Source: Callorhinchus milii
Lineage: Eukaryota
Direction of reading: 5' to 3'
Assembly: GCF_018977255.1 (NCBI RefSeq)
Contig: NW_024704743.1
Span: 90,398,001 to 90,462,000 of the forward strand
Length of the DNA stretch: 64,000 bases
Shown here: positions 59,755-64,000 of the stretch, in pieces
How positions within the stretch are numbered: the stretch's first letter is position 1
How the letters are laid out: every line of letters begins with the position of its first letter
Translations under genes and position numbers: made by a program
Notes under the pieces: generated by a model
What the model was told of the DNA's origin: nothing
Seen by the model: only the letters and a program-made list of their open reading frames with translations
Databases searched by the model: none

Positions 59755-61480
59755 AAGGTAATCAAAGGTAATCTTGGAGGCCAAGGACAACCCCAGGCTT
59801 CTCTTCTCCACTACCAACCAGCTCTTCCATCTACCCTCTCACTCCTCACCCATCCTCTCCTCCAACTCCAAATGCGAGGAGATGCTGGATTGCCTCAAAT
59901 CCAAAATCGAGGGGATCTGTTCAGCCATCTCCGCCCTCCCAACCACCACTACCTCCCCATCTCTCCCTCACACCCCAGCCCCTACCCACACTCCCTCCAC
60001 ACCCCCAAACCTATCTCCCCTTCTTTCTCACCACCATTGTAACCCGCATGAAGCCCACCACCTGCTCCCTCAACCCCATCCCTACCCCTCTCCTTACCTC
60101 CCAACTCCACATCCTTGCCCCATCACTCTTAGACCTCATCAACCTCTCCCTGTCAACTGGCACCATTCCCAACCCCTAAAACAGTCATCACCCCTATCCT
60201 AAAAATAACCTTCCCTGGACCCATCCCTGCTCACTAACTACCGCTCCATCTCCAACCTCCCTTTCCTTTCCAAAATCCTTGAAGAGTTGTTGCTTCCCAG
60301 CTTCACTCCTTCCTCTCCTGCCACTCCCTTTTACAAACCTCTCCATTCGGGTTTCCATGCTGCCCACAGCATCGAAACGGCCCTGGCCAAGGTGACAAAT
60401 GACCTTCTCTCCATCTGTGACCAGGGCTCCCGTCTCCTCGTCCTCTCTGCCGCGGACCATTCTATCTTTCTCCACAACTCCTCACCTTAACCGTTAAGAT
60501 TCTGTCCTTGATTGGTTTAGATCCTATCTCTCACACCAGCTCCACTTTGTGTCCACAAATGGCTTCTCCTCCAGTCCCCGCACCGTCTTGCACGGTCTAC
60601 CTCAGGGATCTGTCCTCAGTCCTCTTCAACCTGTAAATGCTCCCTCTTGGTGATATCATCCGCAGACATGGGGTCAACTTCCACATGTACGCGGATGACA
60701 CCCAACTCTATCTCATTTCCTCCACCCTTGATTCCAGGAGCACTGCTGTCCTGTCATACATCAAGTCCTGGATGAGAGCCGACTTTCTACAGTTGGAAGT
60801 CAGCAAGACTGAGGATCTCCTGATTGGCTCACGCCAGCACCTCCGCACCTCAGGATCTGGCAGCATCAGCATCCACGAATGCACTCCACCTCACCAAGCC
60901 AGTCAGAAACCTGGGCGCCTTGCTCGACCCTCAACTGTCCTTTCTCCCCCACATCTGTGCCATGTCTTGCTCTGCCTTCCACCACCTCTGCAACATTGCC
61001 CAACTCTTCCCTCCACAAGCTGCAGATCATCCAGAACTCTGCAGCTCGTGTCCTCTCCTGCACCAGGCTCCGTGACCCCATTACACCCACCCTCGCCCGG
61101 CTCCACTGGCTCCCCATCCCTCAGAGGATTGTGTTCAAAATTCTCGTCCTCACTTTCAAGGCCATCCATGGCCTTGCCCCCTCATACCTCTCCGACCTGC
61201 TAACCGCTTATTAACCTGTCCACTCCCTCGGCTCAGCAGGCTCCGGCCTGCTCCATATCCCCCGCTCAGCCCGCATCATCATCGGTGGTCAGGCCTTCAG
61301 CCTCTTTGCCCCCACCCTCTGGAACTCCATCCCACATTCCCTTTACTTCGCTCCCTCCCTTGCCTCCCTCAAGGCACGCCTTCAGCACCCTCCTACCCTC
61401 TCTGCCCTAACCCTCCCTGATCTCAACTCCCCCCACTCCGCTCGGGTCCTAATCCGACTGTTCAGTGCTTTAGAAATGTA
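59755..61480 (+). mobile_element. Older L2 LINE fragment with decayed RT
   Basis: [48 protein letters not shown]; many indels. Confidence 0.92.
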
Positions 61481-63472
61481 ATTTTGCATTGTATCCTGAG
61501 CCTGGACTTACCCAGGAGAGGTGAGTAGGGTGCATCTCTGGGGAGAAAGTGTGCACTCAAATATAAACCATCCACAAATAGAACTCTTAGGCTACACTGG
61601 ATCATCTTAAACACGATTACACACCAGGGAATTATACACGGAAAAAAAACAAAATGCTGCAAAATTACACTCTTCCTGTTGCTCTCTGCACTGCCTCACA
61701 CAGCCTCTGGCGAGTAACTGGAAGAAAGGGAGGTCCGATTCATAAATAAACACAAAAATGTGCAATATATAAATATGAAATTTATGAAAACTGGCCTCCA
61801 TATATTTCTATAGAAGCTACAATAGTACAATTTAAATTGTAAAAAAAAGTGAAAAAAGGGTTAAGTTTCTATTATTTTCAGATTCTGGTTTAGTATATTC
61901 CAATGCATTTATTAATGAGAGTAACTGAAGAAGATGAACAAATTACATTGATATGGTGCCCTTCGTATCAGAAACACATCTTAAATTGCTTCACAGTGGA
62001 CTGGGAGCCTGAGTTTGAGGGAGGGAGGAAAGTTGTCAGTAGTACAGTTGAAAACTAATCTCAACTAACCCTAGACAAAGCATTCTGTTTGGTGGACCTG
62101 CACAGGAAAGAGACTGAAAACAGAAGCAGCTTTGAGAGGGCAATGGGTCAGTTTTACAGTGGAAACATTTTACATTTTCACCATGAGCTCATAATCTGTT
62201 AATAAAAACAGAAGAACAAAGAGCTTGCCGTTTTAACGCACTTCATCACATCAAAGCATCTCAAAGCATTTTACAGTAATTACTGTGATGTAGTGACTGT
62301 TTTTGCAGACAAAATAAAGACTAGATGATCATTACTGAGTCATTTCACATACAAAAAAATCACCATATCAATTTAGCCTGCAAAATACAGTGACTACACT
62401 TTACAATGTAACCTGTTAAGTGCTTTGAGTCGCCGTGCTGACATGAAAGGCGTTATATGAAACAAAAGGATTATCTTTCAACAGACAGATTGCTTTCAAA
62501 ACAAAAATTCAGGTGGTTAATCAAGGCTCTTCTGTATTATTTTCAGCAGATTCAGAAATGTAACCAAACACTCACTAATTAAAACCTGGAGAGGCAATGA
62601 GTCCAAGGTGGTGTGAAATAAACTTTGATTGATTAAACTACTGTATATTAAATAAAAACTGAAGAGGCTACATACAGATTTTGCAATTTACTTTCATTAC
62701 ATGCAATGCCACAGAAATATAACTTTATACCTAGAGACATTTCAATACATAAGAATACTTGCAGAGAATACTTGATGAAACTGCACTATAAGGGTGGAAT
62801 TAAATTAACATCCTAAATAGCTGTAAGTCACATACGACTTACTTCCTTACACTCTACGTACTTGCACTTAGTCTAGTGTGTGGGAATAACTGCACTTTAA
62901 AAAGCAATTTATGATATGAACTAAACTGGTCTCCTTGCATTGCACCTTTCCCTTGTGCCTCTGTTCTGTTCTTCCATTAAAGCCTCATATTACATCCAGC
63001 CTGAGGAGGAAACGGAAAAAAAAGAACGAGACTGATAACAGTCCTAAAATAAATATAAATTTTCATCAGTGAACAATTAAAAGTGCGCATGTGAAAAAAT
63101 GCCAACAAAAGGTTATTGAAAATGATTACATTCTTGAGCAAACAAAATATTTCAAATACCTGGTGTTAGGTGATATGATCAGTGACCACCCATGTAGGTC
63201 CTAAAATACTCACAAAAAAGCAAGCCTTATGTGCTACCACTATCTATAACTGCAGCACTGATGAATGTTTGGGTTGGAATGAAAACGCGAACAGTATTAA
63301 AATACTGCTGGACATTGGCTGTCGCATTTATGCACAAAATGCTCCGTCACTGTACCTTATAGTACATCCTTTGAAAAGCTGAGATATCTTCCTGATGTTC
63401 ATTACATGCAAGGATCATTATTATTGATCATAATTAATAAACTATTCTGGAATGCACAATTTCTTACGGTAC

Positions 63473-64000
63473 CTGATTTGGGCATGGAATATAATAACCC
63501 TGACATTTGTCATAGATCCACGTTGTTTCCCAAGTTGTTCGGAGGGCTTGCTCATAAATATAACATCCCAGGAGAGCAACCAGAGGCACCAGGTAGAGGC
63601 CGCTGAACACACCGATTCGGATCATGAATTTCTTCAGTTTGCCCTGGTTCGGCCATCATGCTGCATCACCTGCCGCACGTGATTTAAAGAGATAATTCCG
63701 GCCAGTAGCAGGGTCAATCCCACCACCACACAGAGGCACAGGGGCATCAGGATAAAATATCGCAAAGCGTTCAGATCGTAGAGGCCGACAAAGCACACGC
63801 CGCTGATATTGTCGCCTTCAACTTTGTTCAAGGCCAGCAGCATTATAGTGAGTATTCCAGGGATTCCCCAAGCAACAGAGTGGTACCACACAGCTTTCTG
63901 CTCAATAGCTTCACAACTCCACTTCATGCCTGCAGCGAGGAACCAGGTAATGGTCAAGATCACCCACCAAACGGTTCCCGCCATGGTAAAGAAATACAAC
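63473..64000 (-). CDS. FZD6: FZD6 large transmembrane exon (partial, runs off the right edge; apparent 1-bp frameshift at ~63648)
   Basis: [37 protein letters not shown]...[13 protein letters not shown], then in a shifted frame [33 protein letters not shown]...IPCPNQ and a GT donor; [10 protein letters not shown] motif and synteny point to FZD6 rather than FZD3. Confidence 0.93.

Overview
Vertebrate nuclear DNA, most likely from a cartilaginous fish, possibly a chimaera (inferred from the shark-type CR1 3' end, Deu-type SINE tails, abundant L2 LINEs and compact introns; the species cannot be fixed from sequence alone). It carries four spliced genes in the order known from human 8q22: DCAF13 (minus, coding exons 1-8, remainder beyond the left edge), SLC25A32 (plus, complete, 7 exons, 319 aa), CTHRC1 (minus, complete, 4 exons, 234 aa) and FZD6 (minus, last four coding exons). 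DCAF13 and SLC25A32 share a ~760 bp CpG-rich bidirectional promoter next to a ~0.9 kb 32-bp minisatellite. Introns and intergenic DNA are full of L2 and CR1 LINE fragments, tRNA-headed SINEs (often nested) and one probable solo LTR. The most notable oddities are a 1-bp frameshift in FZD6 (assembly error or real lesion), a Gly>Ser change shortening the CTHRC1 collagen repeat, a palindromic GC-box/CCAAT element plus a perfect DR1 in the shared promoter, tightly convergent SLC25A32/CTHRC1 3' ends, and several retroelement nesting or repair signatures. I see no convincing wholly new biological system. Comparisons with human proteins are from memory, not from a database search.
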